Below are positions 43,306 through 55,684 of a stretch of DNA of 64,000 bases, in pieces. The position numbers were made by a program, and so were the translations under genes. The notes beneath the pieces are model-generated. The model saw only the letters and a program-made list of their open reading frames with translations. It was not told the origin of the DNA and searched no databases. The stretch lies in NCBI GenBank assembly GCA_963695555.1, contig CAVOGR010000005.1:465302-529301 (forward strand). The letters run 5' to 3'. Position 1 is the stretch's first letter, and every line of letters begins with the position of its first letter. The DNA is from an uncultured Gemmatimonadales bacterium. Its GTDB lineage: Bacteria > Gemmatimonadota > Gemmatimonadetes > Gemmatimonadales > GWC2-71-9.

Positions 43306-44820
43306 CTACGCCTTGAACAGACCGGCGAAACGGTTGCGCAGCTCGTTCTTCTGCACCTTGCCCATGGTATTGCGCGGCAGGCTGTCGATCAGCTCCAGCG
43401 CCTTGGGTTGCTTGAACCGCGCAAGGCTCTCGCGCAGGGCGGCGTCGATGGCGGCGAGGTCCGGCTTCCGGCCGGGTTCCGGCACCAGAACGGCCAGCAC
43501 GGCCTCGCCGAAATCGGGATGCGGGATGCCGACGACGGCGCTTTCCAGGACGCCGGGCTGATCGTCGAGGATCAGCTCCACCTCCTTGGGATAGACGTTG
43601 AAGCCGCCGGTGATGATGAGATCCTTCTGCCGCCCGACGATGGTCAGGTAGCCGTCGGCATCGAAGCGCCCCAGGTCGCCGGTGATGAAGAAGCCGCTCT
43701 TGCGCAGCTCCTCGCGCGACTTCTCAGGCATCCGCCAGTAGCCTTTGAAAACGTTCGGTCCCCGTACCTCGACCACGCCCGTCTCTCCCACCGGCAGGGG
43801 CGTGCCAGTCGCGGGGTCGGCCACGATCACCTCCACCCCCGGCAGCGGCGGCCCGACCGTCCCGGCGCGGCGGTCGCCGTCGTAGGGGTTGGAGGTGTTC
43901 ATGTTGGTCTCGGTCATCCCGTAGCGCTCCAGGATGCGGTGGCCGGTGCGCGCCTCGAACTGCACATGGGTCTCGGCCAGGAGCGGCGCGGAGCCGGAAA
44001 TGAAGACCCGCATGCCGCGGGTCAGGTCGGCGGTGAAGCGCGCATCGTCGAGGAGGCGCGTATAGAAGGTCGGCACCCCCATCATTGCCGTCGCCTCCGG
44101 CAGGAGCCGCAGCACCGCCTCCTGATCGAAGCCGGGCAGGAAGATCATCGAGCCGCGCGCCAGCAGCATCACGTTGGTGGCGACGAAGAGCCCGTGGGTG
44201 TGAAAGATCGGCAGCGCGTGCAGGAGCACGTCGCGGTCGGTGAACCGCCAGTGCCGTACCAGCGTCTCGGCGTTGGACAAAAGGTTGCCCTGCGTCAGCA
44301 TCGCCCCCTTCGATCGCCCGGTGGTGCCGGAGGTGTAGAGCAGGGCCGCGAGGTCGTCCTCGACGCGGGCCACAGGGGCGAAATCGGCCCCCTGCCCCGC
44401 CGCCAGGCCGGTGAAGCTGCCCTCACCCGCGGCATCCAGCGTCAGGAGCCGCGCGCCGTGCCGTGCTGCGGCCCCGGCGAGGGCGGCCTCCTTCGCCGGG
44501 TCGCAGATCAGCAGCTTCGGGGTGGCGTTGCCGAGGAAATAGTCGATCTCGGCGGCGGTATAGGCGGTGTTGAGCGGAAGGAAGACCGCCCCCGCCGCTA
44601 CCGCCGCGCCATAGACCGCCAGGGCCTCGGGCGTCTTGGCGATCTGCACCGCAACCCGGTCACCCGGAACCACGCTCGCGGCGCGCAAGGCGTTGGCGGC
44701 GCGGCCGATCAGGGCGAGGAACGCGGCACCGGACAGGCTGCCGCCATCGGGCAGGCGCAGGAGAGGCGTCTCCGATGCCGCGAGCGGGGCGAAGAGCGCG
44801 TCGTAGAGAGGGTTGGCCAT
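43306..44820 (-). CDS. matB: Malonyl-CoA synthetase
   Basis: LYTSGTTGRSKGAM, LPIFHTHGLFVA, ILERYGMTET, PRNTMGKVQK. Confidence 0.92.
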   Translation of the reverse strand: MANPLYDALFAPLAASETPLLRLPDGGSLSGAAFLALIGRAANALRAASVVPGDRVAVQIAKTPEALAVYGAAVAAGAVFLPLNTAYTAAEIDYFLGNATPKLLICDPAKEAALAGAAARHGARLLTLDAAGEGSFTGLAAGQGADFAPVARVEDDLAALLYTSGTTGRSKGAMLTQGNLLSNAETLVRHWRFTDRDVLLHALPIFHTHGLFVATNVMLLARGSMIFLPGFDQEAVLRLLPEATAMMGVPTFYTRLLDDARFTADLTRGMRVFISGSAPLLAETHVQFEARTGHRILERYGMTETNMNTSNPYDGDRRAGTVGPPLPGVEVIVADPATGTPLPVGETGVVEVRGPNVFKGYWRMPEKSREELRKSGFFITGDLGRFDADGYLTIVGRQKDLIITGGFNVYPKEVELILDDQPGVLESAVVGIPHPDFGEAVLAVLVPEPGRKPDLAAIDAALRESLARFKQPKALELIDSLPRNTMGKVQKNELRNRFAGLFKA

Positions 44821-44938
44821 GGGCTCGGTCCTTCCTTCCCGCTTTGGCCGCGGCGGGGCTGGCGGCCTGAGAGGTCATAGCTGCACTCCGCCAGGGCTCC
44901 AAGGCCCCGGTGCAGGACCGCTACGCCGGACCACACGC

Positions 44939-45529
44939 CTAGCGCCCTGTCTTCATCGCATTGAGCGCGGTGGCAATGACCGCGGTCATGCGGCGCTCGG
45001 CATGGGGGTGTGCCACCGCAAGATCGACCACGGACAGGCCGACGGCCAGGGCGTGAAGCAGAAGGCGGTTCTCCTCCGTCGCCGGGATGCCCAGCGTCTC
45101 GAGCAGCTTGCCGGCGCGCTGCCAGACGCCCTCGGCGAGGTGGCGGAAGACCTCGCGGATCGCCGGCTCCTGGTCGGCCGCCTGGGCGAGGGCCAGCAGC
45201 ACCCGGGTGTTCTCCTGCCGCCCCGCGAGATGCGCGAGAACCGCCGCGGTGGCGTCGATGGATGCGCCCTCAGCCATGGCATCGACGGCGTTCAGCTGGC
45301 CTTCGGCTGCCGCTCGGGCGACCGCCTCGAGCAGGTCGGCGCGGGTGGGGAAGTAATAGGTCAGGTGGCTCTGCCGCATGCCGACCTCGGCGGCGACGCG
45401 CGGCTGGGTGAAGCCCGGGTAGCCGTGCGCGCGGAGCACGTCGAGTCCGGCTTCGACGATCTCGCGGCGGCGATCCCTGCGCCCGGGCGGGTTCATGGGC
45501 GTGCTTCCTTTCGGCCGGGGCGGCATCAT
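44939..45529 (-). CDS. TetR family regulator
   Basis: RREIVEAGL...FTQPRVAAEVGMRQSHLTYYFPTRADLL. Confidence 0.88.
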   Translation of the reverse strand: MMPPRPKGSTPMNPPGRRDRRREIVEAGLDVLRAHGYPGFTQPRVAAEVGMRQSHLTYYFPTRADLLEAVARAAAEGQLNAVDAMAEGASIDATAAVLAHLAGRQENTRVLLALAQAADQEPAIREVFRHLAEGVWQRAGKLLETLGIPATEENRLLLHALAVGLSVVDLAVAHPHAERRMTAVIATALNAMKTGR

Positions 45530-46635
45530 TCGAGGCGGCTGCGGAAGAGCCAGGCGGCCGCACTCAGGGTGACCACCGCGATCAGCGCCAGCGGGATGGT
45601 GAGCGACAGCACCTCGCCCGCCGGGATGTCCTTGAGGAACACCCCGCGCACGATCACCAGGAAGTAGCGCAGCGGATTGGCGTAGGTGACCGGCTGCAGC
45701 CAGGCGGGCATGTTCTCGATCGGCGTTGCGAACCCCGAAAGCAGCATGGCCGGCACCAGGATCAGGAAGGCGCCCAGGATCGCCTGCTGCTGGGTCTTGG
45801 ACAGGGCCGAGATCAGGAGGCCCATGCCGACCACCGAGGCCATGAACACGATGGCGCTGGCGTAGAGCAGGACCAGCGAGCCCCTGAGCGGGATGCCGAA
45901 GATCACCACCGCGGCGATGATGTAGAGGGTGATGTGGAAGAGCCCGATCAGCACCGGCGGGATCAGCTTGCCGATCAGGATCTCATGGGTGCGCAGCGGC
46001 GAGACCATCAGCTGGTCGAAGGTGCCGAGTTCGCGCTCGCGGGCGACCGACAGGGCGGTGACGATGAGGCCCATCAGGAGCGCGATGCTGACCACCAGGT
46101 TCGGCACCATGAACCACTGGTAGATCAGGTTCTGGTTGAACCAGTTGCGCGGCACCACGCTGATGACCGGCGCGGTGCTCCGCCTCGCGCCCGGGGTCTC
46201 CGCCGACAGCCCGCCGATGATCCGCTCGAGATAGCCGCCGACGATCTGCGCCGCGTTCGAGCGGCGGCCGTCAAGGATCAGCTGCACCTTTGCGGGTCGC
46301 CCGGCCTCGATGTCGCGCGAGAAGCTCGGCGAGATCTGCACCGCCGCGATAACCCGCTGCCGGTCGATGGCCTCGCGTAGCACCTGGGGCGAGTCGGTGA
46401 AGCTGACCTCGCGGAAAGACGGCGAGGCCTCGATCCGCTGGGTGAGTTCCCGGCTCCAGTGCCCGGCGTCGCGGTTGAGCACCATGACGTCCACGTTGCG
46501 CACCTCAAGCGTCGCCGCGTAGGAGAAGATCACGAGCTGCATGATCGGCGGCACGATCAGGATGACCCGCCCGCGCGGGTCGCGCAGCACCGCCAGCAGC
46601 TCCTTGACGATCAGCGCCCGCAGCCGCGTCCACAT
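45526..46635 (-). CDS. ABC-2 permease (YbhR-like)
   Basis: KELLAVLRDPR, ARERELGTFDQLMVSP, LLSGFATPIENMP. Confidence 0.9.
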   Translation of the reverse strand: MWTRLRALIVKELLAVLRDPRGRVILIVPPIMQLVIFSYAATLEVRNVDVMVLNRDAGHWSRELTQRIEASPSFREVSFTDSPQVLREAIDRQRVIAAVQISPSFSRDIEAGRPAKVQLILDGRRSNAAQIVGGYLERIIGGLSAETPGARRSTAPVISVVPRNWFNQNLIYQWFMVPNLVVSIALLMGLIVTALSVARERELGTFDQLMVSPLRTHEILIGKLIPPVLIGLFHITLYIIAAVVIFGIPLRGSLVLLYASAIVFMASVVGMGLLISALSKTQQQAILGAFLILVPAMLLSGFATPIENMPAWLQPVTYANPLRYFLVIVRGVFLKDIPAGEVLSLTIPLALIAVVTLSAAAWLFRSRLE

Positions 46636-46636
46636 C

Positions 46637-47762
46637 TCAGGCGATCCGCTTGCGCATGTTGCGCGCGGAGAGCGCAAAGAGCACCGCTCCCATCAGCAGC
46701 AGGACCACGATGGCGCGCGCGAACATCGGCCAGATGTCACCGGCGAGGAACACCGTCTGCATGCTCGGGATCAGGTATCCGGCCGGAACGACATAGGTGA
46801 TCCACTGGATGACCCGAGGCATCGAATCGATCTCGAAGAGGAAGCCCGACAGCAGGAACGCCGGCAGGAAGCCCGACATCAGGGCGAGCTGCGAGGCGAG
46901 GAACTGGTTCCTCGTGACAGCGGAGATCAGGATCCCCTGCCCGAGCGCGGGCATCAGGAAGGCGGCGCTGAGCGCATAGAGGGCCACGACGGAGCCGCGG
47001 AACGGCACGGCGAAGACCAGTACCGCCAGCAGCACGCAGATCGTCATCGCGGTGAGACCCAGCAGGAAATACGGAATGATCTTGCCGATCAAGAGCTCGG
47101 CCGCGGTGACAGGCGTCGCCATCACCGCCTCCATCGTGCCGCGCTCCCATTCGCGGGCGATGACCAGCGAGGTCAGCAGCGTGCCGACCAGCGTCATCAC
47201 GATGGCGATCGGAGCCGGGCACCAGGAAGTTGCGGCTGGCCAGTTCGGCGTTGAACCAGAAGCGCGGCTCGGCCTCGATAGGCAGCACCTGCGGCGCGCC
47301 GATCGCGCTGCGCAGGGCGCCGAGGTTGGCGACCACACCCTGGCTGTAGTTCTGCACGAAACTGGCGTTGTTGGGCTCGGTCCCGTCCACGATCACCTGG
47401 ATCTGTGGATTGCGGCCCGCTGCGAAGTCGGCCGCGAAGCGCTCCGGGATGACCACGATGCCGCGAACCGCGCCGCGCACCAGCGCCTCCTCGAACTCGC
47501 GGCGGTCGCGGCCGTAGACCACGTCGAACGAGGGCGAGGCCTGGAAGGCCGAAGCGACCCCCTGCGTGACCGGCGTCATCCGCTCGACGACGACGCCGAT
47601 GCGGGTGCGCGCGGCGTCGAGCGAGACCGCGTAGCCGAAGAGGAACAAGAGCAGCACCGGCAGGACCAGCGCGATGAGGATGCTGCTCGGGTCGCGCAGG
47701 ATCTGCCAGCTCTCCTTGCGGACCAGCGTCGCGAGCCGGCGCAGGCGGCCGGACCCGGTCAT
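46637..47762 (-). CDS. ABC-2 permease (YbhS-like), frameshift near 47215
   Basis: KESWQILRDPS, AREWERGTMEA, LLSGFLFEIDSMP. Confidence 0.88.
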
Positions 47763-49524
47763 GCGGCGGCCTTCACGTCCGCCTCGGAGGCCGCGACGAG
47801 GGCGATGAACGCGTCCTCCATGGTCGGGTCGGGCATCGCGGCGGTGGCCACCCTGGCCTTGAGCTCGTCGGGCGAGCCCAGTGGCGACGAGCGGCCGCGG
47901 TAGATCAGCGCGATCCGGTCGCAGTACTCGGCCTCGTCCATGAAGTGCGTGGTGACCATCACGGTCACGCCCTTCTCGACCAGGCCGTTGATATGGGTCC
48001 AGAACTCGCGGCGGGTGATCGGATCGACGCCCGAGGTCGGCTCGTCGAGAAACAGCACCTCCGGCTCGTGCATGACCGCGCAGGCCAGCGCCAGCCGCTG
48101 CTTGAGGCCCAGCGGCAGGTCCTCGGCCGACATGGCCAGGCGCGGGCGGAAGTCGAAGATCTCGGTCATCATCCCGATGCGCTCGCGCCGCCGCTTGCCC
48201 GACAGACCGTAGGCGCCGGCGAAGAACTCGAGGTTCTGCGCGACGCTGAGATTCCCGTAGAGCGAGAATTTCTGCGCCATGTAGCCGAGGCGGCCGCGGG
48301 CCGCCGCGCCATCGCGGCGCAGGTCGAACCCCGCCACGCGGCCCTCGCCCGAGGTCGGCTTCAAGAGGCCGCACAGCATCTTGAAGGTGGTGGACTTGCC
48401 CGCGCCGTTGGGACCGAGCAGGCCGAAGATCTCGCCCGCGGGGAACGGCGAAGGTGATGTCGTCCGCGGCGGTGAAGTCGCCGAAGCGCTTGGTCAGCCC
48501 GCGCGCCTCGATCACCGGCCTGCCGCCATCGGCCGGCAGGGTGCGCGCGGCCTCGGCCAGCGCCGAGCGCCCCGCCGGGCCGCCGCCGAGCATGTCGACG
48601 AAGGCGTCCTCGAACCGCGGCGCTGCCGGCTGCATCGCCACCCCGGCCCCGGCCCCGTCCGGTATCGCCCGCGCGGGATCGGTGCCCGCCTGCGAGCACC
48701 AGCCGGATCGCATCGCCCTGGATGACGCCGTCGACCACGCCGGCGCGGTCAAGCGCCCGCGCGAGCACCTCGCGCTTGCGCCCCGTTGTGCCGGTAAGCC
48801 GCCAGACCCGGCCCGCGACCCGCGCGGTCAGCTCGGCCGGCGGGCCTGCGAACATCGGCTTGCCCTCGTTGAGCAGGAGCACGCGGTCGCAGCGCTCGGC
48901 CTCGTCGAGATAGGCGGTGGACCAGACGACGCCGATGCCCTCGCGGGCCAGGTCCTCGACCATCTTCCACAGCTCGCGCCGCGAGATCGGATCGACCCCG
49001 ACGCTCGGCTCGTCGAGCAGCAGGAGCCGCGGCTTCTTCAGCAGCGCGCAGGCGAGGCCCAGCTTCTGCTTCATGCCGCCGGAGAGCTTGCCGGCGAGCC
49101 GCGCGGTGAAGCGCCCCAGGTCGGTGAAGGCCAGCAGCTCGTCGTAGACCGCCGGCCGCTCCGCCTTCGGCAGGCCGCGCAGGTCGGCGTAGAGGTCGAG
49201 GTTCTCGCGGATCGTGAGATCCTCGTAGAGGCCGAAGCGCTGCGGCATGTAGCCGATCACCGCCTGGATCGACGCGGCCTCTGTCACCGTGTCGAAGCCG
49301 AGCACGGTCAGCTTTCCCGCCTCAGGCACCAGCAACCCGGTCATCAGCCGGATCAGCGTGGTCTTGCCGGCGCCGTCCGGCCCGACCAGCCCGGTGATCT
49401 CGCCGCCGCGGATCGCCGCGGACACGCCATCGAGTGCCGGCGCCCCCGAACCGAAGCGCTTGGTCACCTCCGACAGGAGCACGATGTCGGGCCTGTCGTC
49501 CGCTCGGGTGGGCGTGTCGGTCAT
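47759..49524 (-). CDS. Tandem ABC ATPase (YbhF-like), frameshifted
   Basis: GPDGAGKTT, LSGGMKQKL, LDEPSVG; second NBD with LPLGLKQRL and LDEPTSG. Confidence 0.88.
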
Positions 49525-49543
49525 GATCCGGCCCGGGTGCCGG

Positions 49544-50566
49544 TCAGCCAGCATCGCCGGCGGCCGGCGGCGCCGGCAGCCTGACCGTCACCGGCATGCC
49601 CTGGCGCAGCCCCTCGTCCGGCGCATCGATGATCACCCGCAGCCGGTAGACGAGATCGGTGCGGAGCTGCGGGGTTTCGACCGACTTCGGCGTGAACTCC
49701 GCGACCGGCGAGATGAAGCCGATCAGGCCACGGTAGGGCCTGTCGGGCGCGCTGTCGGTGACGACCTCGACGATCATGCCGGGATGGATGCGCCCCAGGT
49801 CCGGCTCGGCGATATAGGCGCGCGCCCAGACGCTGTCGGTCAGAGACAGGGCGAAGACCACGTCGCCCGGCGACACGATGGAACCCGGCTCGCGCACCCG
49901 CGACAGCACGATCCCGTCCGAAGGCGCAAGAAGCTCGGTGTCACCGAGCTCGGTCCGGCTGGCGGCGAGGTTGGCCTCGGCGTATTGCAACTCCGCCCGG
50001 GCGGCCTCGATGTCCTCCATCCGGTTCCCTTCCTCCAGCAGCCGCAAGCCTTCCTCCGCCATCTCCGCGGTGGCATGGGCGCGGTCCCGGTTGGCGGTCG
50101 CTTCGTCGAGCGCCGCCTGGGCAACGGTGTCGTTGCCGCGCAGGCTCGCCGCCCGCTGGAAGGCGAGTTCGGCGTTGCGCAGCTCGGCCAGGCGCGCGTC
50201 CCACTCCGCTCTGGAGCGGGCGATCTCGGCCGGGCGCGGGCCGTTCACGAGCTTGTCCAGCGCCGCCCGCCGCGCCCTCACCTGCGCCTCGGCCGCCGCG
50301 ACGGCCTCCCGGTAAGGCGTGGCGTCGAGCCGGGCCATGAGATCGCCGGCCCTGATCACGTCGCCTTCGTCCACCGCCGTCTCGACGATCCGCCCGCCGA
50401 CCCTGAGGCCGAGCTGCACCTCGCGGATGTCGACATTGCCGTAGAGGACGGGCTGGCCGGCACGCACGCCCCCCGGAAGTAAGCGGCCCGGCAAGTCGAA
50501 CCACCAGCCCAGGCCGATACCGATGGCCAGCAGCAGAAGAGCGATCCGAATGACCTTCCCGCGCAT
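49544..50566 (-). CDS. HlyD-family membrane fusion protein (YbhG-like)
   Basis: [39 protein letters not shown]. Confidence 0.9.
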   Translation of the reverse strand: MRGKVIRIALLLLAIGIGLGWWFDLPGRLLPGGVRAGQPVLYGNVDIREVQLGLRVGGRIVETAVDEGDVIRAGDLMARLDATPYREAVAAAEAQVRARRAALDKLVNGPRPAEIARSRAEWDARLAELRNAELAFQRAASLRGNDTVAQAALDEATANRDRAHATAEMAEEGLRLLEEGNRMEDIEAARAELQYAEANLAASRTELGDTELLAPSDGIVLSRVREPGSIVSPGDVVFALSLTDSVWARAYIAEPDLGRIHPGMIVEVVTDSAPDRPYRGLIGFISPVAEFTPKSVETPQLRTDLVYRLRVIIDAPDEGLRQGMPVTVRLPAPPAAGDAG

Positions 50567-50612
50567 GGCTCCGATCCCTCCGGCGATGCGGCGACGGCGT
50601 GGCCGCACGAAT

Positions 50613-50654
50613 TTGGTTGACCTACCAACTACCGCCGAGCCGGTCCGGTGTCAA
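50613..50654 (-). promoter_or_regulatory. Promoter and candidate TetR operator of the efflux operon
   Basis: Minus strand TTGACA-17 bp-TAGTTG; imperfect palindrome TTGGT-N6-ACCAA (50613-50628) overlapping the -10. Confidence 0.6.
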
Positions 50655-50703
50655 TATGTTTCCGACCGCGAAGAATCAGGGCGCCAGTGGCGCGTTCACG
50701 AGA

Positions 50704-50753
50704 ATTTGTGTTGTATTACAATGTCTTAATTGGCGTAACAACATGTTACGCCC
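50704..50753. repeat. Dispersed intergenic element, family 2, copy B, with palindrome GGCGTAACA-ACA-TGTTACGCC (50732-50752)
   Basis: Aligns gap-free with 34341-34390. Confidence 0.55.
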
Positions 50754-50939
50754 GGATGGCGCGGGTCCGCTCGCAGCCCGGCCGGCGCGCAAAGTTACCG
50801 GCGGTCCCCGCTGGGCGCGATGCCGGCGGCCGTCCGCCCGCCGGTCCCCGCCGATCGAGACGGCGGCTGGCTCAGGTATGCTTCTTCAGCCCGCTCAGCT
50901 GATCCGGCACTTTGAGTGGGCTGGTGCTGTCTGGGCCGG

Positions 50940-51175
50940 TGCCCGGTGAGCCAGATCACGACGTTGTCGTGACGGCTGGGCGACATGTCGGGACCGGAGA
51001 CCTTCAGCTTCTGGAAGCCCGCGAGGCTGTCCCGCAGATCGAGCACCTTGTAGGCGACGCAGAGGGCGTTCGACCACTGCGACATGAAGGTGTCGTCGCC
51101 TTTCTGCCTGCCTTTCACGCTCATATAGATGCGTGATTTTGTACCGTCACCGCGGTCGGGACACTCCACCACGGT
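50940..51175 (-). pseudogene. Gene fragment, weakly HopA1-domain-like
   Basis: Coding-like stretch KSRIYMSVK...FQKLKVSGP...RHDNVVIWL with no clear start. Confidence 0.3.
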
Positions 51176-51198
51176 TCGCTGCTGGTGTTGGATCCGCA

Positions 51199-52243
51199 TC
51201 AGTGATCTGCAACCCGGGCAATATGGGCTGCTGCAAACTCGGCTCGAAAACCTGTCGGCGTCTTGCCCGTCCATCGCCTGAATGCCCTGTCGAAGGCGGC
51301 CGGGCCGGAAAGGCCTGCCTGAAGTGCGATTTGCGAGATGGGTAGCGTTGTGTTCGACAGGAGGTCTTCGCTGACGCTCTGGCGCACGTCGTCTTTCATC
51401 TGGCTGAAGGATGTGCCCTTTGCCTGTATGATGCGCTGTACACGACGTGGATGCAGGCCACAGATTGCGGCAAATGAATCAAGAGTCAGATCCTGGTGAG
51501 CGAGGTTATCCGCAAGCACACTGCGAAAATAGGAAAGGGTTGCTTCGCTGGCGCTGGCCCCATCCGGCGCGAATTCCCCTCGTGACGCTTCCACCAGGTC
51601 CCAGTCCAGCGAAAATGGCGCCCAAAGCCATTGCGGCGGAAACGAAATCCGCAAGCCGTTGATCCCGGATGTGATAAGCGCCTGTTTCGGCAGAAACCCC
51701 CGGCGGAAGACCTACGGTGGTCGGCACAGTGACGAGAATATCATTGGGGTCGAAAGTGTCACCGATACCCTGTCTGATCACGGTCACATAGAACGCGACG
51801 CCGACCGCATCCAACTGTCTTGATGGCTTCGACACATTGATCGTGCGCTGAATCTCCAAGCTTGCAACGTCGGGTGAAACGAATACGGAATACCGTACAT
51901 TATCAACTTGCTTCGAAACTTCCACCACCACCCGGGAGAGGAAATCTCCCAAGGTGAGCGCACGGCTCGCCGCCTCCCGGAGCCCGGGCGTCCCCTTCCT
52001 GGCGGTTTCGATCGCCACCGTTGCGCCAAAATACGGGTCGCCGAGAGTTTCGGCCATGTCCTCCAGGGCAGCATAACAGGCGCTCGCCTCAACCAGCATC
52101 GAAGGATCGCTCAGCGCGCCAAGCGGAATCCTGTTGCGGGCAAGCACAGCTTCGACATCGCCGCCGCGCAAGGCGAATGCCTTGGCGAGCGGGAACAAAA
52201 TCAACATTGCTCGGGTGAATTTCGGGGCAGATGGCTTGCTCAT
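51199..52243 (-). CDS. AraC family regulator (frameshift near 51695)
   Basis: N-terminal ligand-binding region (ORF 51506..52243) plus HTH LTLDSFAAICGLHPRRVQR...ISQIALQAGLSGPAAFDRAFRRWTGKTP. Confidence 0.88.
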
Positions 52244-52418
52244 CCGAACTCTTCCCTCAGCTTTCAGGGGTTATCCCCAGAGGACCGGATTGTGCCACCT
52301 CTGGCATGAGATGCAAACACCTGACCTCACGGGCATGGTAGTTTTCAGGCCAGACATGAAGAGAATGAGGCAACGTGCGCGCTGCGCTGATGACCTCTGC
52401 AAGCGCAGGAGCCTGAAA

Positions 52419-53976
52419 ATGCTACGAACAAGGACCTTGGGAGCCGCCACGATGGTGGCTCTGCTGTTGTCGACCACGGCCGTGCTGGCGAATGACATCG
52501 TCATCACCGGCGGGCGGGTGATCGACCCCGAAACTGGTCTCGACGCCATCCGCAACGTCGCCATCGAGGGCGACAAGATTGTGGCGATCAGTGAATTTCC
52601 GCTCGAGGGCGATGTGGTGATCGACGCCAGCGGTCATGTCGTGTCGCCGGGCTTCATCGATATGCATTCCCATGGCCAGAACATCGGCGACTACCGGATG
52701 CAGGTGATCCAGGGCGTCACCACGGCGCTGGAGCTTGAATCCGGTCTTGTGCCTGTCGGCGACTGGTATGACGGTCAGGCCAAGAAGAACCTGCCGATGA
52801 ACTATGGCGCGTCGGCAGGCTGGATCCACAGCCGGATCGCGACCTTCAGCGAAACCGATCCCTTGGCCACGGTGGACTATTTTCAGGATGCGCAGGGCCG
52901 CACCGACTGGAAGATGGACATCGCCAGCCCGGACCAATCCGAGCGCATCATGTCGATGGTCGAACAGGGCCTGAAGGACGGTGCGCTCGGCATCGGCGTC
53001 AACGCCGGCTATGCGCCGGGGTATGGCCATAAGGAGTATTACGCGCTCGCCGAACTGGCCAGGAAATACAACGTCCCGACCTATACCCATGTTCGTTATG
53101 CCAGCAACACCGAGCCGCAAAGCTCGTTCGAGGCGATCCAGGAACTGATCAGCCTCGCCGCCATCACAGGCGCACACATGCATCTATGCCATATCAATTC
53201 GACCTCGCTGTCGGACATCAAGGCCACGATGGCGCTGGTGGAAGAGGCGCAGGCCAAGGGTATCAACATCACGACCGAAGCCTATCCCTTTGGCGCGGCC
53301 AGCACGGTGGTCGGCGCGGCGATGTTCAGCGGCCCGGATTGGCGCGACCGGATGGATTCGACCGCCAACAACTTCCAGCTTGGCGCGGATCGGATGAGCG
53401 AGGACGAGCTGGCCGATTATCAGGCCAACAAGCCCGGCACCTGGATCGTCTGGCATTTCCTGGACGAGGCCGATCCTGAAGCTCTGTCGCTCTTGGACAT
53501 CTCGGTGACCAATCCCGCGACAGCCATCGCCTCGGATTCCGTGTTCTGGTCCTATTTCGACGCGGACGGCAAGATCCAGAACTACGACGGTGACGCGTGG
53601 CCGCTGCCCGATGGTGTCTTCAGCCATCCGCGCTCAACCGCATCCTATACCAAGATCCTCCGCTCTTACGTGCGCGAACGCGGGCTGCTGTCGCTGAACG
53701 AAGCGATCCGCAAGATGTCGCTGCTGCCGGCGCAGACGCTGGAGGAGAGCGTGCCGCAGATGCGCACCAAGGGCCGGCTTCAGGTGGGCATGGACGCGGA
53801 CATCGTTGTCTTCGATCCCGCCACGGTCGCTGACTTGGCCACTTTTGAAAACGCCAATCAACTGACTGTAGGCGTGCAAACCGTGATCGTGAACGGCGGC
53901 ATTCTCGGTGCGTGACGGAGAGTTGGTGCTTGATGCACCCAATGGCAGGGCGATCCGTAATGCGGTCGTGAACTGA
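52419..53976 (+). CDS. Exported D-aminoacylase-like metallo-amidohydrolase 1 (C-terminal frameshift near 53900)
   Basis: Signal peptide ending AVLA; GGRVIDPE, PGFIDMHSH, HVRY, HLCHINS, ASD, HPR, KGRLQVGMDADIVVFDP. Confidence 0.88.
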
Positions 53977-54023
53977 AACTCTTCCAAACGGATAGAAAAT
54001 AACCCGAGAAACAGGAAAACTCC

Positions 54024-55652
54024 ATGAAAGCCAAAACAACCATTTTGACAACAACACTTATTGCCGGGCTGCTGACCGTTTCAGCGGCCTTCGCGCAAGA
54101 CTATGATCTGGTGATCAACAACGGCAGGGTCATCGATCCGGAAACGCTGTTCGACGACATCGCCAATGTCGGCATCACGGACGGGCGCATCGTCGCGATC
54201 AGCGAGGACCCGCTGACGGGTACCGAGACCGTGGATGCCACCGGCCATATCGTGGCGCCGGGCTTCATCGACACCCATTTCCACTTTCAGATGCCGATCG
54301 GCTATTCCCTCGGGCTGCGCGACGGGTTGACCAGCAGCATGGATTTCGAGATGGGCTGTGCGGGATCCTATATGGCGGAATGGTACGAAGCGCGCGCCGG
54401 CGTGACCGGGGCCAACTATGGCTGCGCGGTCAGCCACGAAGCTGCCCGCGCGATGTTCATCGACGGGTCAGACGGCGATTACATGAAAGACGGCCCTTTG
54501 GCCGCTTATGAAACCCGGAAGAAAACGGGCTGGAGCGTGACGCGCCCGACCCTGGAACAGGGCAACGCGATCCTCGAAGAGATTGACAAGGGCCTGAGGC
54601 TGGCGCCCTTGGCGTCGGCAGCACCGTGGGCTACATGCGGGCTGGCGTCTCTTCACGCGAGATGTTCGAGGTGCAGAAGGTCGGGGCACGGTATGGCCGC
54701 GCGACCGGCGCGCATACACGCTATACGCTCGGCACCGACACGTCCGAGGTTAACGGCGCGCAGGAACTCATCGCAAACGCAATATCGCTCGGCGCGCCTG
54801 CGATCGTCCTGCACTACAACAACCCCGGCTGGCGAGTGACACACGAACTGATTTCAGGGTTGCAGGAAAGGGGCTTCAACATCTGGGGTGAAATCTATCC
54901 CTACGCTGCGGGTTCTACCACGATCAATGCGGAGTTTCTGGTGCCGGAGGTCTGGCTCGATCAGTTTGGCAATCGCTATGAAGATACGATGCTGGATCCG
55001 GTGACGAATGAGTATTATACCCTGGAGACCTACAAGGAGACCGTCGCATCCGACCCGACCAGGCCGATCGTCATTTTCAAGATGCCCGAAGAAGACCAGG
55101 CGAAGTGGCTGACGCTGAAGGGCGTGACCATGGGCAGCGATGCGGTTGGTGCCACGCCGTACGACGCCCCGTGGGATTATCCGTTTGACCAGTTGGGCGG
55201 CACCCACCCCCGCACGGCTGGCGCCCGTGGTGCTACGATCCGGCTCGGTCGGGAAAACAACATCCCGATGATGCAGTTGATGTCGATCCTCAGCTACAAC
55301 GCCGCCAAGCATCTGGGCGATACCGGGCTGAAGTTCATGCAAGAGCGCGGCCGCATCCAGGCCGGCATGGTCGCCGATATCGTGGTGTTCGACCCCGAGA
55401 CTCTTCACGGACAATTCGACCTACGAAAAGGGCGCCATCCCGTCGACGGGCATGAAAGCCGTGATCGTCAACGGTCAGGTCACCGTGCGGGACGATGTGG
55501 TGCTTCCTGTTTTCGCCGGTCAGCCGATCCGGTTTGACCCCGAAGACAAGCCGCGCTTCGTGCCGATCTCGGAAGCGGCGTGGAATGCCGAATTCTCGAC
55601 CGGGATGCCTGGTGACTTCACGGGTGCCTTCCCTGTGGACGGTGGCAACTGA
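54024..55652 (+). CDS. Exported D-aminoacylase-like metallo-amidohydrolase 2 (frameshifts near 54600 and 55400)
   Basis: Signal ending AFA-QD; PGFIDTHFH, HTRY, GSD, HPR, RGRIQAGMVADIVVFDP. Confidence 0.88.
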
Positions 55653-55684
55653 TCGTGATCACAGCCAAGCAAGGAGGCTGGACC

